Shown here piece by piece: positions 12,851 through 25,500 of a DNA stretch of 64,000 bases. Positions within the stretch are counted from its first letter, which is position 1, and each line of letters begins with the position of its first letter. The notes beneath the pieces are model-generated. The model was not told the DNA's origin, made no database searches, and saw nothing but the letters and a program-made list of their open reading frames with translations. The DNA is from Ginglymostoma cirratum (lineage: Eukaryota): assembly GCA_024137785.1 (NCBI GenBank), contig JAHRHZ010000046.1:7504024-7568023 (forward strand). Direction: 5' to 3'. A program made the translations under genes and the position numbers.

Positions 12851-13715
12851 AGGACCTTGACCAAATGGGCTGATGGGCCAAGGATTGGAGATGGAGTTTA
12901 ACTTAGATAATTGTGAGATGTTGCATTTGGTAGGGGAAATCAGGGCAGGACTTATACACTTAATGGTAAGGTCATAGGGAGTGTTGCCGAACAAAGAGAC
13001 CTTGGATTGCAGGTTCATAGTTCCTTGAAAGGGGAGTCCCGTGTAGATAGGATAGTGAAGAAAGCGTTTGGTAGGTTTGTCTATATTGGTCAGTGCATTG
13101 AGTATAAGAGTTGAGAGGTCATGTTGTGGCTGTACAGGACATTGTTTAAGCCATTTTTGGAATACTGTGTTCAATTCTGGTCTCCCTGCTATCAAAAAGA
13201 TGTTGTGAAGCTTGGAAGGGTTCGGAAAAGATTTACAATAATGTAGCCGTGGTTGAAGGGTTTGAGCTTAAGGGAAAGGCTGAACATGCTGGGGCTATTT
13301 CCCTTGGTGCATTGGAGACTGCAGTGTGATGTTATAGAAGTTTATAAAATCATGAGGTGCATGGATAGTGTGAACAGCCAAGGTCTTTTCCCTGGGGTAG
13401 GGGAGTCCAAAACTAGAGGGCATAGTTTTGAGGTGAGAGAGGAAGTACTAAAAAGGGTCTTAATGGCCAACTTTTTTCATGCAGAGGGTGGTGCATGTAG
13501 GGAATGAGCTGCCAAAGGAAGTGGTGGAGGTTGGTAAAATTACACATTTAAAAGGCATCTGGATGGGTACATAAGTAGGAAGGGTTTAGAGGATGTGGGC
13601 CAAATGCTGGCAAATGGGACAGGATTAATTTAGGCTATCTGGTCGGCATGGGCGAGTTGGACTGGAAGGTCTGTTTCCATGCTGTACATCTCTATGATTC
13701 AATGACTCTCTATGA
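12851..13715 (+). mobile_element. CR1/HER1-like LINE 3' fragment (ORF2 C-terminus, 3' UTR and tail), degenerate
   Basis: Encodes WAKDWRWSL/MEFN..C.MLH, LEYCVQFWSPCY.KDVVKL and DVIEVYKIMR.MD.V...LFP....SKTRGH, all CR1 ORF2 motifs; ends in tctatga-type repeats. Confidence 0.9.
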
Positions 13716-13969
13716 ACTGAATCAGGAGATTTGTCCAACATTGTAACCATTATATATTACAGGCTGCCTTTGGATATTTGTACCAACCATCAAGAACAAG
13801 ATCAGATTATCTACTCAATATGTATAGGCACCAACAATGAGATTAACATACAGGGCAGCTTTGTCTTCAAGGTGACTTCACACTCTGAAGATGAATATCC
13901 TTCATATGGATTTACTTCACTTTAAAAGAAAATACTACATTTTTGCCCAAAATAAGTCATATTTTAGGA

Positions 13970-14180
13970 CAGGCAGTCCTCGATTAACAAACATCAGACT
14001 TATAAACACTTGTATTTAAGATTGAAATCTCATACAGGGATGTATTAATATTAATTTTAAAGATTCAACCTGCAGACATTTGCTCATGAGTACGAAAGGC
14101 TATTTTATATCATACTATATTGGGTTCCAACTTATGTACCAATTAACTTACAACTTACCCATTCCTAAACTGCTTGTACT
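13970..14180. mobile_element. Possible Tigger/Tc1-mariner-like non-autonomous DNA element remnant
   Basis: Begins caggcagtcctcgatta (Tigger-like terminus) with internal acttac/acttat repeats; the right terminus is not clear. Confidence 0.35.
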
Positions 14181-14189
14181 ATGCTTGAG

Positions 14190-14725
14190 AGAGATAACAA
14201 GGTGTAGAGCTGGATGAACACAGCAGGCCAAGCAGCATCATAGGAGCAGGAAAGCTAGACCCTTCATCAGAAATGGGGGAGGGGAAGAGGGTTCTGAGAT
14301 AAATAGGGAGAGAAGGGGAGGTGGATGGAAGATGGATAGAGGAGAGGATAGGTGGAGAGGAGACAGACAAGTCAAGGAGGCGGGGATGGATGAGAGAGTT
14401 GCAGTGGGAGAGAGATCCCCTGAGGTTTGTCCGGATGGAGGAGGGTAACTTCTTCAGGGTAGGCATCCTTAGAAGAGGCTTCGCAGTGGGGTTAAAATTG
14501 TATCAGAGATAATAGGAACTGCAGATGCTGGAGAATCCGAGGTAACAAGGGTGTGGAGCTGGATGAACGCAGCAGGCCAAGCAGCATCATAGGAACAGGA
14601 AAGCTTGACATTTCGGGCCTAGACCCATCATCAGAAATGGGGGAGGGGAAGAGGGTTCTGAAATAAATAGGGAGAGAGGGGGAGGCAGACAGAAGATGGA
14701 TAGAGGAGAGGATAGGTGGAGGCGC
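14190..14725 (-). mobile_element. Internally deleted Penelope-like element with two direct terminal repeats
   Basis: Two ~170-190 bp direct repeats (14190-14360 and 14540-14722) flank ~150 bp of unique sequence. The 14540 repeat has a hammerhead core; the 14190 repeat has lost ~15 nt including the GAAA. Confidence 0.75.
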
Positions 14726-14909
14726 CACTCAATTAGTAATGATGATTCTCTGACTTTTCACTTGGATAAATCAAATGGATTTCATTTGAGTTATTTCATT
14801 TGAAATGAGTTTCAACTCCAAATGTTTCCCTATTTTGAGGCAAAATTATGTTGCATGAATCTAGTATTCTCAGTAAAGTTCTATCCCATATTCAATCTAT
14901 TCTTTATCA

Positions 14910-15250
14910 TCTATTCACAGGATACGGACATCACCGGCAAGCTACCATTTATTCCCCATCACTAATTGCACTTGAGAAGGTAGTAAGGAGTCACTTGCTT
15001 GAAAATATCTAACTGGCTTTAACCACATTGCTGTGGGCCTGGAGTCACATATGGACCAGACGCAGTATCGATAGCAGATTCTGCCCCACTCTATGCACTC
15101 CCAACCCCCAAAAGGACATTAGTGAATTGAATGGCTTTTTACAGCAACCTGGACCTTTCATTGTCACCAGTACAGAGACAAGGATTTTATTCCAGGTTTG
15201 TCTAATGAGCTGAATTTGTTTCACAGCCGTCATGGAGAGATTGTGAACTC
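14910..15250 (-). mobile_element. tRNA-derived SINE, same family as 4358-4712
   Basis: ctgtgggcctggagtcacatatggaccag...aaggacattagtgaa is the reverse complement of the 4540-4620 segment. Confidence 0.7.
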
Positions 15251-15762
15251 AAAGGCTGAATGCTCCTGTGAAGATGGGATTAAAGGTGGGGATGGGAAAT
15301 CAGAACAGCTCCCCAATGTGACTTCCCCCAACAACCCTATAATGCCCTTCCTCTGCGCAGGGACTGGGAGCCAGGTTGCTTGCTCACTCCACTGGTCCAA
15401 TTGAGCCCTCACAGGGGCCATTTAGTGCTGAAACTCGTATGTTGCCAACATTGCAGCAACTCCTCCTCCATGTCTGAAGGCCACCAGTTCAATCATGATG
15501 GCAGATTCAGTGGGCTGTCAGAATTGGACGACCCATGGCCCAGTGGTTGAGCCATAGGATGAAAGATCACCATGCTTTCTCTCAACAGGCCTGAGAGAGT
15601 TTCCCTTCATCCTGATAGCTGTGGGCCTCTATGGCTTCTAAGCAGACAACCAATGACACCTCCATATTAAGTGCCATCATGCTTATGTCCCTCTGCAGAG
15701 CCACCTGCTGAAAAATGCAGGTAAATACACATAGGTATTCCTACATGGCTTAGAGATAGTAG

Positions 15763-15860
15763 GATTTCTGAAGAAGGATCCAGACCTGAAATGTCAGCTT
15801 TCCTCTTCCTCTGATGCTGCTTGGCCTGCTGTGTTCATCCAGCTCCACATCTTGTTATCT
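15763..15860 (+). mobile_element. Penelope-like terminal-repeat fragment with degenerate hammerhead core
   Basis: atttCTGAAGAaggatccagacctGAAATGTCagctttcct...gatgctgcttggcctgctgtgttcatccagctc, matching 7530-7628 and 14190-14725 in the opposite orientation. Confidence 0.7.
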
Positions 15861-16344
15861 CTTCATACATGGCTTTCTGTTTTTTGAGTCAATGCTGCCC
15901 TTATTCAAGCCCAATTTTTCCTTTCTGAGCTGTAACTTTCTGCAGGACATCAAATGTCTTATAACTAACATATTGCATACCTGTAGTAAAATTTATTCCT
16001 CCTTATTTTCTATCCTTTTAGTTATTATATAAGATTCCAATAATTGATTATGATTATTTCTTAAACCTGACTATTCTATTTTTGTAATCTGTGCACATAG
16101 GGTCTAAGCCTGATCGGATTGCCACTGTTTCTAACTTTTCACCATTTAAAAAGACTATGCTCTGTTCTCTTTCAATGAATTATATCACACTTATCTCCAT
16201 TGAAATCCATTAGTCACAATTTTGCTCACTGTCTCTGTATATCAACATTTGTTTGTAATTTTATTCTTCCATCCACGTATCCCACCAATCTCATCGCCAT
16301 CTATGAACTTCCTTCTATCTTTTGTTTCCAAAGTTATTTTTTAA

Positions 16345-16560
16345 ATTCTCTCATGGGATGTGGGCATTGCTGGCTAGCCAGCATTTATTACCTGTCCCTG
16401 GTTGCCCTTCAGAAGGTGGTGGTGAGCTGCCTTCTTGAACCATTACATCCACTTGCTGTAGGTTGATCACAATGACCCTAGTGAGGGAATTCCAGGACTT
16501 TGATTCAGAAACAGTGAAGGAACAATGATATATTCCCAAATCAGAGAGTCTGAGGTTCAA
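16345..16560 (-). mobile_element. L2-type LINE 3' fragment (tail shared with the 4358 SINE family)
   Basis: gggatgtgggcattgctggctagccagcatttatt...gcccttcagaaggtggtggtgagc, as at 10090-10190. Confidence 0.6.
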
Positions 16561-16619
16561 ATACAGATGTGGGACACCAGAGGGATCTTCCTTCCGATTT
16601 AAGTACACAGTCATCCCTA

Positions 16620-16795
16620 CTTATGGTCTTTTCACAAAGGAGTTAGATATAGTTCCTAGAGCTAAAGGGATCAAAGGGTAGGTGGGTGAAAGCAGAAACA
16701 GGGTACTGAGTTGGATGATCAGTCATCATCATATTGAATAGCACAGCAGGCTTGAAGGGCCGAATGCCTACTCCTGCTCCTATTTTTTATGTTTT
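16620..16795 (+). mobile_element. CR1-like LINE 3' end
   Basis: gagttggatgatcag...gaagggccgaatgcctactcctgctcctattttttatg; inverse of 12352-12530. Confidence 0.7.
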
Positions 16796-17859
16796 GTTGT
16801 TTTACCACCTCATAAATCATCAAACCAGATCAAAAATTTGCCATGAATTCCTTGCATTTTAATTTTGGCTAACAATCTCTTACTTGGAACTTTATTAAAT
16901 GCCTTCTGGAAGTCCATATCCTTTAGTTCCTGCTAAATATGATTTAACAAAGATTGATGGCCATGAATTTCACTTTGTAAATTCATGCTGGCTCCCTCTA
17001 ACTAGCTCAAATTTCTCTAAGTGCTCAACCTCTCTGTCTTTAATTATAAATTCCAAAAACCTCCTCAGAACAGCTGTTAGTATAATAGGTTTATAATTCC
17101 CTGGCAAGGCATGGATATGTAAGAGTTCAGTCTCCATTCCTTCAGCTTACAACTTTATTTTCAAAAAATTCATGTGAGTACTTCATTCCAATTGTATGGG
17201 ATTGTAGGGGACCACAAATAAATTAGCCTTCAGTTCTTTCATTTGAATGAACATCAGTGAACTTTAATTCTGTAATTCTCACTGAAATTAATGGAGAGTT
17301 CAAGTGCAGTTGAAGAGCTGTTCACTAAATTTAAATCATTGTGATAATCAAAATTTGTAAATTCATATTCATACATTGTTTAAAACTTGTGTTAAATTAA
17401 TTTCATATTGAAACGAATTATATTAGTGAATTCTTGAAATTAATGCTACAGTCTCTTGGAAGGGGACTGCATACTAACATGGTCACCGGAATTGTAATGG
17501 TTATAGAGAAGTGACAAAGCATAGGTTCAAAGTAGGTGTTAGTAGCAGAATTACGATGAATTCTGATTGTAAACAAAACCAGATCTGCCGAGTTTCTCCG
17601 GCACTTTCTGCTTTTATTCCAATAAGTAATGTTTCACTACATCACAACTAATCTTAAATTGATTTACTATACTTGAATTCACTAAAGCACAATTACTGTA
17701 GATCCAGGATTGGGTTGCAGAGTCTCCTGAGGACATACAAAACACAAAGATTGGCAAATATCATTGGCATTTCAAGGCATTGATAATGAAGACACGATAT
17801 TCAAGTTTTGCTCTGCGTGTATGTTTGGATTGATGTGCTTTGGGAGAAATAACACAGAG

Positions 17860-18530
17860 AAACTGGTAAAAATAAATGGTATCAAATTACAACTTGCAAG
17901 AATAGAGTGACTTAAACAAATTTTTGAAGGTGACAGCACAATTTAATGAAGTACTTAAGAAGCCTTGTGGATCTTTTGCATTCCAAAAGAAATAATTTGC
18001 CCTAAACCTTTGCAAAGCTCTGGTTAGACCACAGCTGGAAGATTGTGTACAAATTTGTGCGCCACAATTCAAGTCCAGAGAGGGTGCAGAGGAGGATTAC
18101 AGGATGATACCAAAAATGACAGGGTTCATATAGAGGGAGTGGTTGGAGGAGCTGGAATTGAGCCAAAACTATGGGGCATGGGTCTGTTCAGGAGCAAGTA
18201 GGGAATAACTGTTTCCTCTGACAAATGGGTTAGTACAAACTGTTTGTAGATTTAAAATTAATGGAAAATAAGTTAGAGAGGAAATGAGGCTGGAATTTCA
18301 TCACATTGAGATTTGTAATGATCTGGAATGCACTGCCTAAAGGTACGATGGAATCAGATTGAGGGAAAATTTCAGAAAGTATTGGGCATGCACTTGAAGA
18401 AGAGAAATTTGTGGGGCTTTGAGGCAGAAGTAAAGGTTTGGGATTAAAATGCACAGTTTATTTTCCAAGAATATGCAGAAGTATGATAGACTAAATTGCT
18501 TCCTTCTGTTATGTAAGATTGTATGGTTTT
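17860..18530 (+). mobile_element. Old CR1-like LINE fragment
   Basis: Encodes ALVRPQLEDCVQ and later shows the V..WN.LP motif (atctggaatgcactgcct) and a CR1-like 3' end. Confidence 0.65.
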
Positions 18531-19564
18531 ATACAATGAACGTTCACTGGATTAAATCTAATTATGAAGAAGTTCTAAACTGTGGTTCGCTTTCATGGCC
18601 AAATAAAATGCAATAGAAATAAGATCATATCTCTTAGCAAGAATTGAAACCATCAAGAACTGTATTACATATGTGTTTAATTCTTCACCTGGAAATCCTG
18701 TACAGACTCCTCAATCATTAGGGAACTTGTCAGGTGTCTCTATCTGAAAAAGCTTTTAAATATTTTTCTTTGGGATTTTAAAAATCTAAGTCATGTTTAA
18801 GTGAATTGCTACCATGTGAAATAACTTGGATCGTAGCCTTATGAATCATGTAATAATCACTTAATTTGCCAGATGTGACCTTCACTGCCTCAGTCCTTAA
18901 ACAAATTGGAACTTTCCGTACGCTGTCTTGTTTTCTTATTTCAGATGGAACAGATCTGTTCTCCAGTAATGCAATGTTGCATTTCATGTTCAGTAGTCAA
19001 TCTTCAGTTCAATGGGTGAGGTTAAGTTCACAATGACTGACATAGGGTGCAATTAGCATATTAGCACATATTAGAGGTAATGCTTTGGGAGGTGATGTAA
19101 GCAGTTCTACATCTGGAATCCACCAAAATCTCTTTTTAATGAAGGGCCTCAGGCAGTATCACATGGATTCAAAAGGCAGAAACCTCATCTTTTTAATTTG
19201 AAACTACATTTAATTTTATAATCCTTGCATTTTAAAGAAAATCTTTTCTACTGAATTACTTTTACTGTGCCAGTGGTTTGCGAGGGAACAAACCTGTTTT
19301 CCCTTTAAGCAGTTTTCATGGTACTTTATTCTCACACATAAAGTGAGTCAATAACGACCTCACTGACAATTATCAGGACTTTTGGAACATGCTGATATCT
19401 TTATCAATTAAGTCTATTCAAGAAAATATTGTGGTGGTCCTTAATGCTGTTCTGCTTTGTCTGCACTCTAGGTTTCAGTTTCCATCTTCCATTGTGACCT
19501 CTATTATATATATTGTTCTGTTGTTGTTATTTTATTTATTTTTGTGTGATACTCATGGCCACAT

Positions 19565-19768
19565 TTGTGCGTGTATGTATATGTGTATGTCTATGTGTAT
19601 GTTTGTGTATATGTGTGTGCATGTGTCCATGCATGCATTTGTGTGGGTGTACATGTGTATTTGTGTGTGTGCTTATGTGTGTCCATGCATGTCTACGCAT
19701 ATGTGTGTTTGTGTATGTATGTGTCTATGCATGTATTTGTGTGTGTGCATGTCTATGTATGTGTGGGT
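19565..19768. repeat. Degenerate (TG/TA)n microsatellite
   Basis: About 200 bp of alternating purine-pyrimidine tgtg/tatg units. Confidence 0.9.
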
Positions 19769-19924
19769 ATTCGAACTGTCAGCAAAAGTTTGCAAGTAGC
19801 TTCTTGAATTTGCTTCATCTTCAATACAATCGTGGCCGGTCTTGTCTTGGGCTCATCTCCACTTTGCTGTCTGCTGCCTGTAGCCATTTTTAATTAAAAA
19901 TCTGTCCCTCCCTTCCCTAAATTT

Positions 19925-20160
19925 ATTCAGTATCCCAGCATCCACTGCATTAGGTGTAGTGAATTCCACAGATTCACAACACTTTGAGAGAAGTAATTTC
20001 TCCTCATCTCTGGTTTAAATCTGCCACCCCTTAACCTAAAATTATGACCTCTTTTTCTAGATTGCCCCACATTGGGAAACATCCTTTCTACATCTACATT
20101 GTCAATCCCTTTTAGCATCTTCTACACCTCAATTAGATCTCCTCTCATTTTCCCAAACTG
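19925..20160 (-). mobile_element. CR1-like LINE fragment
   Basis: Minus-strand ORF MLKGIDNVDVERMFP..GQSRKRGHNFRLRGGRFK.EMRRNYFSQ.VVNLWNSL is a typical CR1 ORF2 C-terminus. Confidence 0.85.
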
Positions 20161-21009
20161 CTCTTTGTCTTTTCATTAGACCAGCATGTGTGTATGTGTG
20201 TTTGTGTGTGATTGTACATATGTATGAAACTAAGATGAATAAATTTGAAGAAAATGTGTCCATTTTAAAAGTTTGCTGCCTCTGCCAGTGTTGTAACTAG
20301 CTCCAAATCAGAATTGCCTAGCCTGATCCCATTTCCCTACACCTGTCTTATACAGACTTTATGTTAATCCTATATTCTTACAATGCATGTGTCGCACAAA
20401 ATGAAAACAAACACATTTAAAATATCAAAGAGGAACCAGGCTGCTGAAGGTCTAGAATTGCTAAAGTCAACATTGACATTAGTGGGAGGTAACATGCCCA
20501 TGAGGAAGTTGAGATGCGAGGACTGTGGTTGAAAATATGCACTCCCAACATGGAACCTCAACCACGTACTGGAAACACATATCTGAAAATTGGCCCTGCT
20601 CCTCTTGATGAGCTGGAGAATTGGGGAACATGAAGACAAAGCTGTGCAGAGGTGATAGTATTGTAAGATTTTAAATATGTTATCAGGGTAAGATTACAAA
20701 ACATGAAGCATAGAGCGGGTGAGCTACTGAAGGTGGAAGGTGTTGCAGCAATAGTGACATTACATATGGACCCATATGATTGTACTATGCAGAATATTTT
20801 AATAATTTTCCACAAGTATTTATCTAAGTCCTCCTAAGTGTTGATTAGTTGACTAGTCTAATGTGATTGGTGGAGGCATTGCCAGGCTTTGGAAAATGTC
20901 GCCTACAGATCTGGCATCACACTGGCGCTGAAATTCATACACCACATTTCTCATTTGCGTGACAAAATGCCTTTTTGGCTTTATGATAGAACGCTGTTAG
21001 TGGTGAACA

Positions 21010-21600
21010 TCACTCATGTTGTTGCTGCATAGTATATACATTGTAATTCCTTGTGATGTTAGGTATGTGGGTCGTACATCTCAAGGACTGTAAGTTTATA
21101 TCAAACAGTATGTCCTTCCAAAAGCTCACAACAAGCAAGGTATTGACTGTACCCAACCAGCCTGTGCTTGAAAAATGCACAACATAATGTCCAACATTAG
21201 ATGAGGCTCTGTAATTGGACAATATATTCTGGATAACCCAGAATGTACAAGGAATTATGATGACGACCAATTTAGGATTGTCAGTTAGGCTGGCAGTGCT
21301 GTACACTTGGGTGGACAAGAAACTACAAATATTAATTTGCAGACAGAAAGAACCTAATAGGTGATGGCCATTCATGGTTCATTGCTCAGAGTCAACCTGA
21401 TTACTTTAAAATTTAAACAAAATCTGGCTGTTAACTGTCAATCAACACTAATAGGTGCATGCCCAATGGCAACACCTGTACCGATCAATGTCCATTCACC
21501 AAGCACTCAGCACTCTTCTCTCATGCAGTGAAAATGTTGGATTTTCCCTTTGAATGAGTGCAAGATGAAAAGCTTCAACAAGCCGTGCCATTTCAGTAAT
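21010..21600 (+). mobile_element. Penelope-like element remnant (GIY-YIG endonuclease region plus 3' end)
   Basis: One frame from 21052 reads CDVRYVGRTSQGL*VYIKQYV...SVIGQYILDNPECTRNYDDDQFRIVS*, a GIY-YIG-like (YVGxT) domain with stops. It ends in the hammerhead-like remnant tgaatgagtgcaagatgaaaagctt. Confidence 0.65.
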
Positions 21601-22309
21601 TCTTCTTAATTATTGTATTGACTTGGGTTCAATTACAGTACTATACTTCATATTCAAGGTATTGGTTCACGTCTCACCGAATTAGCAACCAGGTAAAACA
21701 TTGGCTTGGATTCTGTGGCCAGTGGTGAAGTCAGGCCATTCAGTGTTGACCTGCTGATAAAGTTGCTGGCATCCCTAAGGAGACATTTCCTGCTCCAGAT
21801 ATCAGCTCACTTCACGTGCAACATCATTGTTGTCATGATCTTGTCTTGATATGCACTAGAGATGATGCCATTGACGCATTAAATTTGGACTATTTACACT
21901 CAACACACAAGAAAGTTTAAAGTACTTAAAACCATTCATTTTTAATTTAAATGTTACTGATTTAATTATATAATAGTTCAATTAGAAGCTAAAATAAAGA
22001 TAAATAGATTTTATTTTTAAAAATTCATAATTTTAAAAATATAGAGATTTTTGATCATTGATCATTGACTTACCACGTTACAAAATTAACTTTCTCAGGG
22101 TTATTTGGGATATTTAGCAATCATTAGGAAGAGAATATAGCATTCATTTCTGGGCTGCCTTCTCTGATGGGATGATATGTTCGAGTCAAGATGGTGTGTG
22201 ATGTGATGCTGAACCTGCTGTTTGGAAAAAGTGCATTGGTGAGTTGGGAGGCTGCATCACATGTAATAATTTAAGGCAGATAATAACTGGTTTAAAATGG
22301 TTCAATAGA

Positions 22310-22620
22310 TGAACATAGGCTCAGGAGAATGCCAGTCAGCTCCTCAAGCCTGTTCTGTCTTTCAATTAGACTCCGACTGACTGCTATCTCATGTGCAACT
22401 GCTGACATGATATCAGTATCATTGTCCAACAACTGTCTATCAATTTCAATTTTGAAATTTCCAATTACCACTCAACAACTTTTACGGACGGTGTGTTCCA
22501 CATTTCCACTGCCCTTTGTATGAAGAAGGGCTTCACTAGCCTGAACAGTGAGCTTTAATCTTAAGGCCCGTGTGCCCTTATTCTGGAAGTGCCCACCAAG
22601 GAAATCATCCTTCTGCTGCT
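22310..22620 (-). mobile_element. Degenerate CR1-like 3' fragment
   Basis: gaacatagg..caggag...tcaagcctgttctg...ttccacatttccactgccctttgt resembles 12352-12752. Confidence 0.5.
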
Positions 22621-23849
22621 ACATTACATTCCCTACAATAGAGAAGATAAACATTGGCATGCACTAGCTAAAAACAAAAGTTAGGGCTAATTATCAGTTT
22701 GGTATTCCAGCACCAGCTGAGGTTGGCATCTCCTTCTCAACCCATCAATTTAGACTTTTCATCCTCCAAAATATTATCAGGAGGCAAAATCAAAATAATG
22801 TACTTACTGTTAAAACCATCCAAATTCGGAGACAAAGAGACCAGCCCAAAGCACCAGCTCCTTATTTTCCGATATGTTAATAAGGGAAGGTGAAATAAGT
22901 GGTAAGGAAGCTCAGCTAGACTGTCGACGCTATTATAGTCCTCTTGGGCCAAGTGGCCATTTTCTGTGCTGTAAATTCTATATCGTATAAGTGCTCTAAA
23001 TCAAATTCTAACCTGATGATATTCATTCTGAGTTACATAGTAATCTGATCTTTCATTCAATTATATATTTCACCTGAGATGCTATTATTTGGTATCGTTT
23101 GCCTTGACACCATGATCTCCCCTTCAGAAACTGTCAGCTTGTTGCTACATAGCTTAAGGAGTTAACCTCTCTGTTCAATCTTTCAGCTGATCGAATGAAG
23201 GAACGATATTGTTGCTAACTGACAGTGTGTAAAGAGCTCATTTGTAAATGCAAAGAATGATAATCTCACAAAATATGTTTGTTTAAATAATTTATTTTGC
23301 TCATGGCAATTTCTTGCATAAGTAACAACGCCCAGGAGTGATGTGCCAAGATGTGAAAAGTATCTTCCAATCGTTGGCTACAGCTATTTTTTTATCATTT
23401 CAAATCAGCTGTGTGGCTTTCCAGACATGTTAGGTGACATTCTTTTTCCCCTGCTGGCTAGCGCTAGGATTTTTGCATAGTTGTGGAATCTCCCTGTCAC
23501 TGTTTCATTGCTGGCTTCTTCTTAAGGAAAGACACTATCACCCCGCAGTGATCCAGAATGAACAAAATAATGATGTGGAAGTAATTTAGACATGGCACTT
23601 CATGGCTATTGTGAAACCATTTGGAGGAAGAGAGCATCCATCTCATTGAGTTTTTCATTGATTACAGTTTTTGTTTTGCAGCCAATCGTACACCGAAAGG
23701 GAGTCCAGTGGTGCAGTTCATAGTGTTGCTTCTTCTAGGTTTGATTTCAAATCTCACGTGCTTCAAATGTATGAGATATTGTATCTGAATGGGTTAATTC
23801 AAGAGAAAAAGTATCATCAAACACTGAACTGCAGAACTTTTCCAACTAA

Positions 23850-24052
23850 GTGAGCTGCCAGAGGAAGTGGTGGAGGTGGATACAATTACAACATGTAAAA
23901 GGCATCTGGGTGGGTACATGAATAGGAAGAGTTTAGAGGGATATGGGCCAAATGCTGGCACATGGGACTGGACATGTTTAAGATAAATGGTCGGCGTGAA
24001 CGAGTTGGTCCAAGTGCTGTTTCTGTGCTGTACAGCTCTCTGACTCTATAAT
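23850..24052 (+). mobile_element. CR1/HER1-like LINE 3' end
   Basis: Near-identical to 13505-13710 (gagctgcca.aggaagtggtggagg...gggccaaatgctggca...ctgtaca.ctct.tgactcta). Confidence 0.85.
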
Positions 24053-24469
24053 TCTAAGTAGTGATATGATGCCATGCAATTTCAACCCCTAAACTTTTAG
24101 GGTTAAATCGAGAACGATAAGGCAGTCAATTTTTCTTTTGAACTTTGAAACCATTGGTGCCAGTTACTGGCTGTGATTCACTGAGTATACCCATTCCCCT
24201 CTGAAGCCAATATTTTACTGTGAAAGAATAGAACTGCACTATTGATGATTAGATGTTCAATTCACAGCATTAACTGGGAAATAGGAACATAACTTCTTTT
24301 TCTTCCAGGTGGTCTAGGGCTGCATTATTGTACATATTAAATGATCCATTGTTGTAGCTGGTACACCATTAGCCTCAATTTTGTTTTCCTTTGGGGTAGT
24401 GTGACTTTTTCTTATGGGACAGAAGCCCATTTGTATTGCTGACCTGGTGCTTAGACTACTTCATAGGAA

Positions 24470-24645
24470 TGAGGCTGAAAACTGCAGCTGTGGCCCAGCA
24501 AGTCCGACTCACACCTCTCAGACGTCAGGAGAGTGTGCATTTAAGTTCCAGTCCGGACACTTGTGCACAAAACCCAGTCAGACCCTTCCACTCTCAGAGG
24601 CACCAGATTCTGGATGAGACTTTAAACTGAGATCTGCCTTCTTTT
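24470..24645 (+). mobile_element. Degenerate Deu-domain SINE 5' part
   Basis: tRNA-like head followed by tctggatgagactttaaactgag, resembling the start of the Deu domain as recalled. Confidence 0.4.
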
Positions 24646-24854
24646 GCTGCTGTTTTATTGGAAATGTAGGATGTCCCTCTATGTCTGATTGCGGAGATGC
24701 TTTCCAAACCCGAGAAACATTTTCCGAAACATTGTTTGCTAAGATTCCTTTTGGTTTCTTCACAGGAACTGTGAAGTCATCTGGTGAAGTTGAATGATAA
24801 CGTCGGAGACGAGTCTTTGGTGGAATCGCTTCTAATCACTCCATGCCCCAAAGT

Positions 24855-25060
24855 AAAAGGTAAAGTCACAGAGTCGTACCAGACCACAGGGCTGCTCTCT
24901 CAATAGAGAGAGATGACTAATGGTGGTTTAATCTGAGGGTCACCTCACCTCAGGTGAGGGGAGAGATTGAGAAGAAGGGTCTTCATGGTAACCTCAGCCA
25001 GTGCAAGAATTGGACCCACACTATTGTACTCCAGCTGATAAAAGCTAACCAATCCTCTAA
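24855..25060 (-). mobile_element. tRNA-derived SINE (same family as 6520-6730)
   Basis: Direct similarity to 6520-6730. Confidence 0.65.
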
Positions 25061-25191
25061 ACAGATGATCAGTTCTAAAAGTGATTGTTGGGACAGATTT
25101 CAAACAGATCAAGCAATGCATGACTGGGCACCTATGAGGAAATGTGCACCATCAGCAGCAGTAGAATCATACTGCAATATGGCAAGGGATA

Positions 25192-25500
25192 TCACAGTGG
25201 CTCAGTGGTTAGCACTGCTGCCTCACAGTGCCAAGAACCCAGGTTCCATTCTACCCTCGGGTGACTGTCTGTGTGGAGTTTGCACATCCTCCCCGTGTCT
25301 GCATGGGTTTCCTATGGGTGCTCTGGATTCATCCCACAGCCCAAAGATGTGCAGGTTAGGTGGATTGACCATGCTAAATTGCCCATAGTGTTCAGAGATG
25401 TGTAGATGAGGTGGGTTATAGGGGGATGTGTCTGTTTTGCTCTGAGGGTCGGTGTGGGCTTGTTGGGCCAAAGGGCCTGTTTCCACACTATAGGGATCCC
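25192..25500 (+). mobile_element. HE1/V-SINE-like tRNA-derived SINE, near full length
   Basis: A box tggctcagtgg, B box ggttccattc, V-domain-like gtggagtttgcacat.ctccccgtgtctgc.tgggtttcc and LINE-derived tail gggcctgtttccacact. Confidence 0.9.

Noticed and set aside
12770-13507. 141-aa and 84-aa ORFs as genes
   Set aside because: Antisense and sense pieces of a decayed CR1 LINE.
15698-15711. CTCF-like motif (reverse tcagcaggtggctc)
   Set aside because: Only a partial consensus match, in probably repeat-derived sequence, with no supporting evidence.
19389-19893. Cys/Val/Met-rich ORFs
   Set aside because: Translations of a TG microsatellite.
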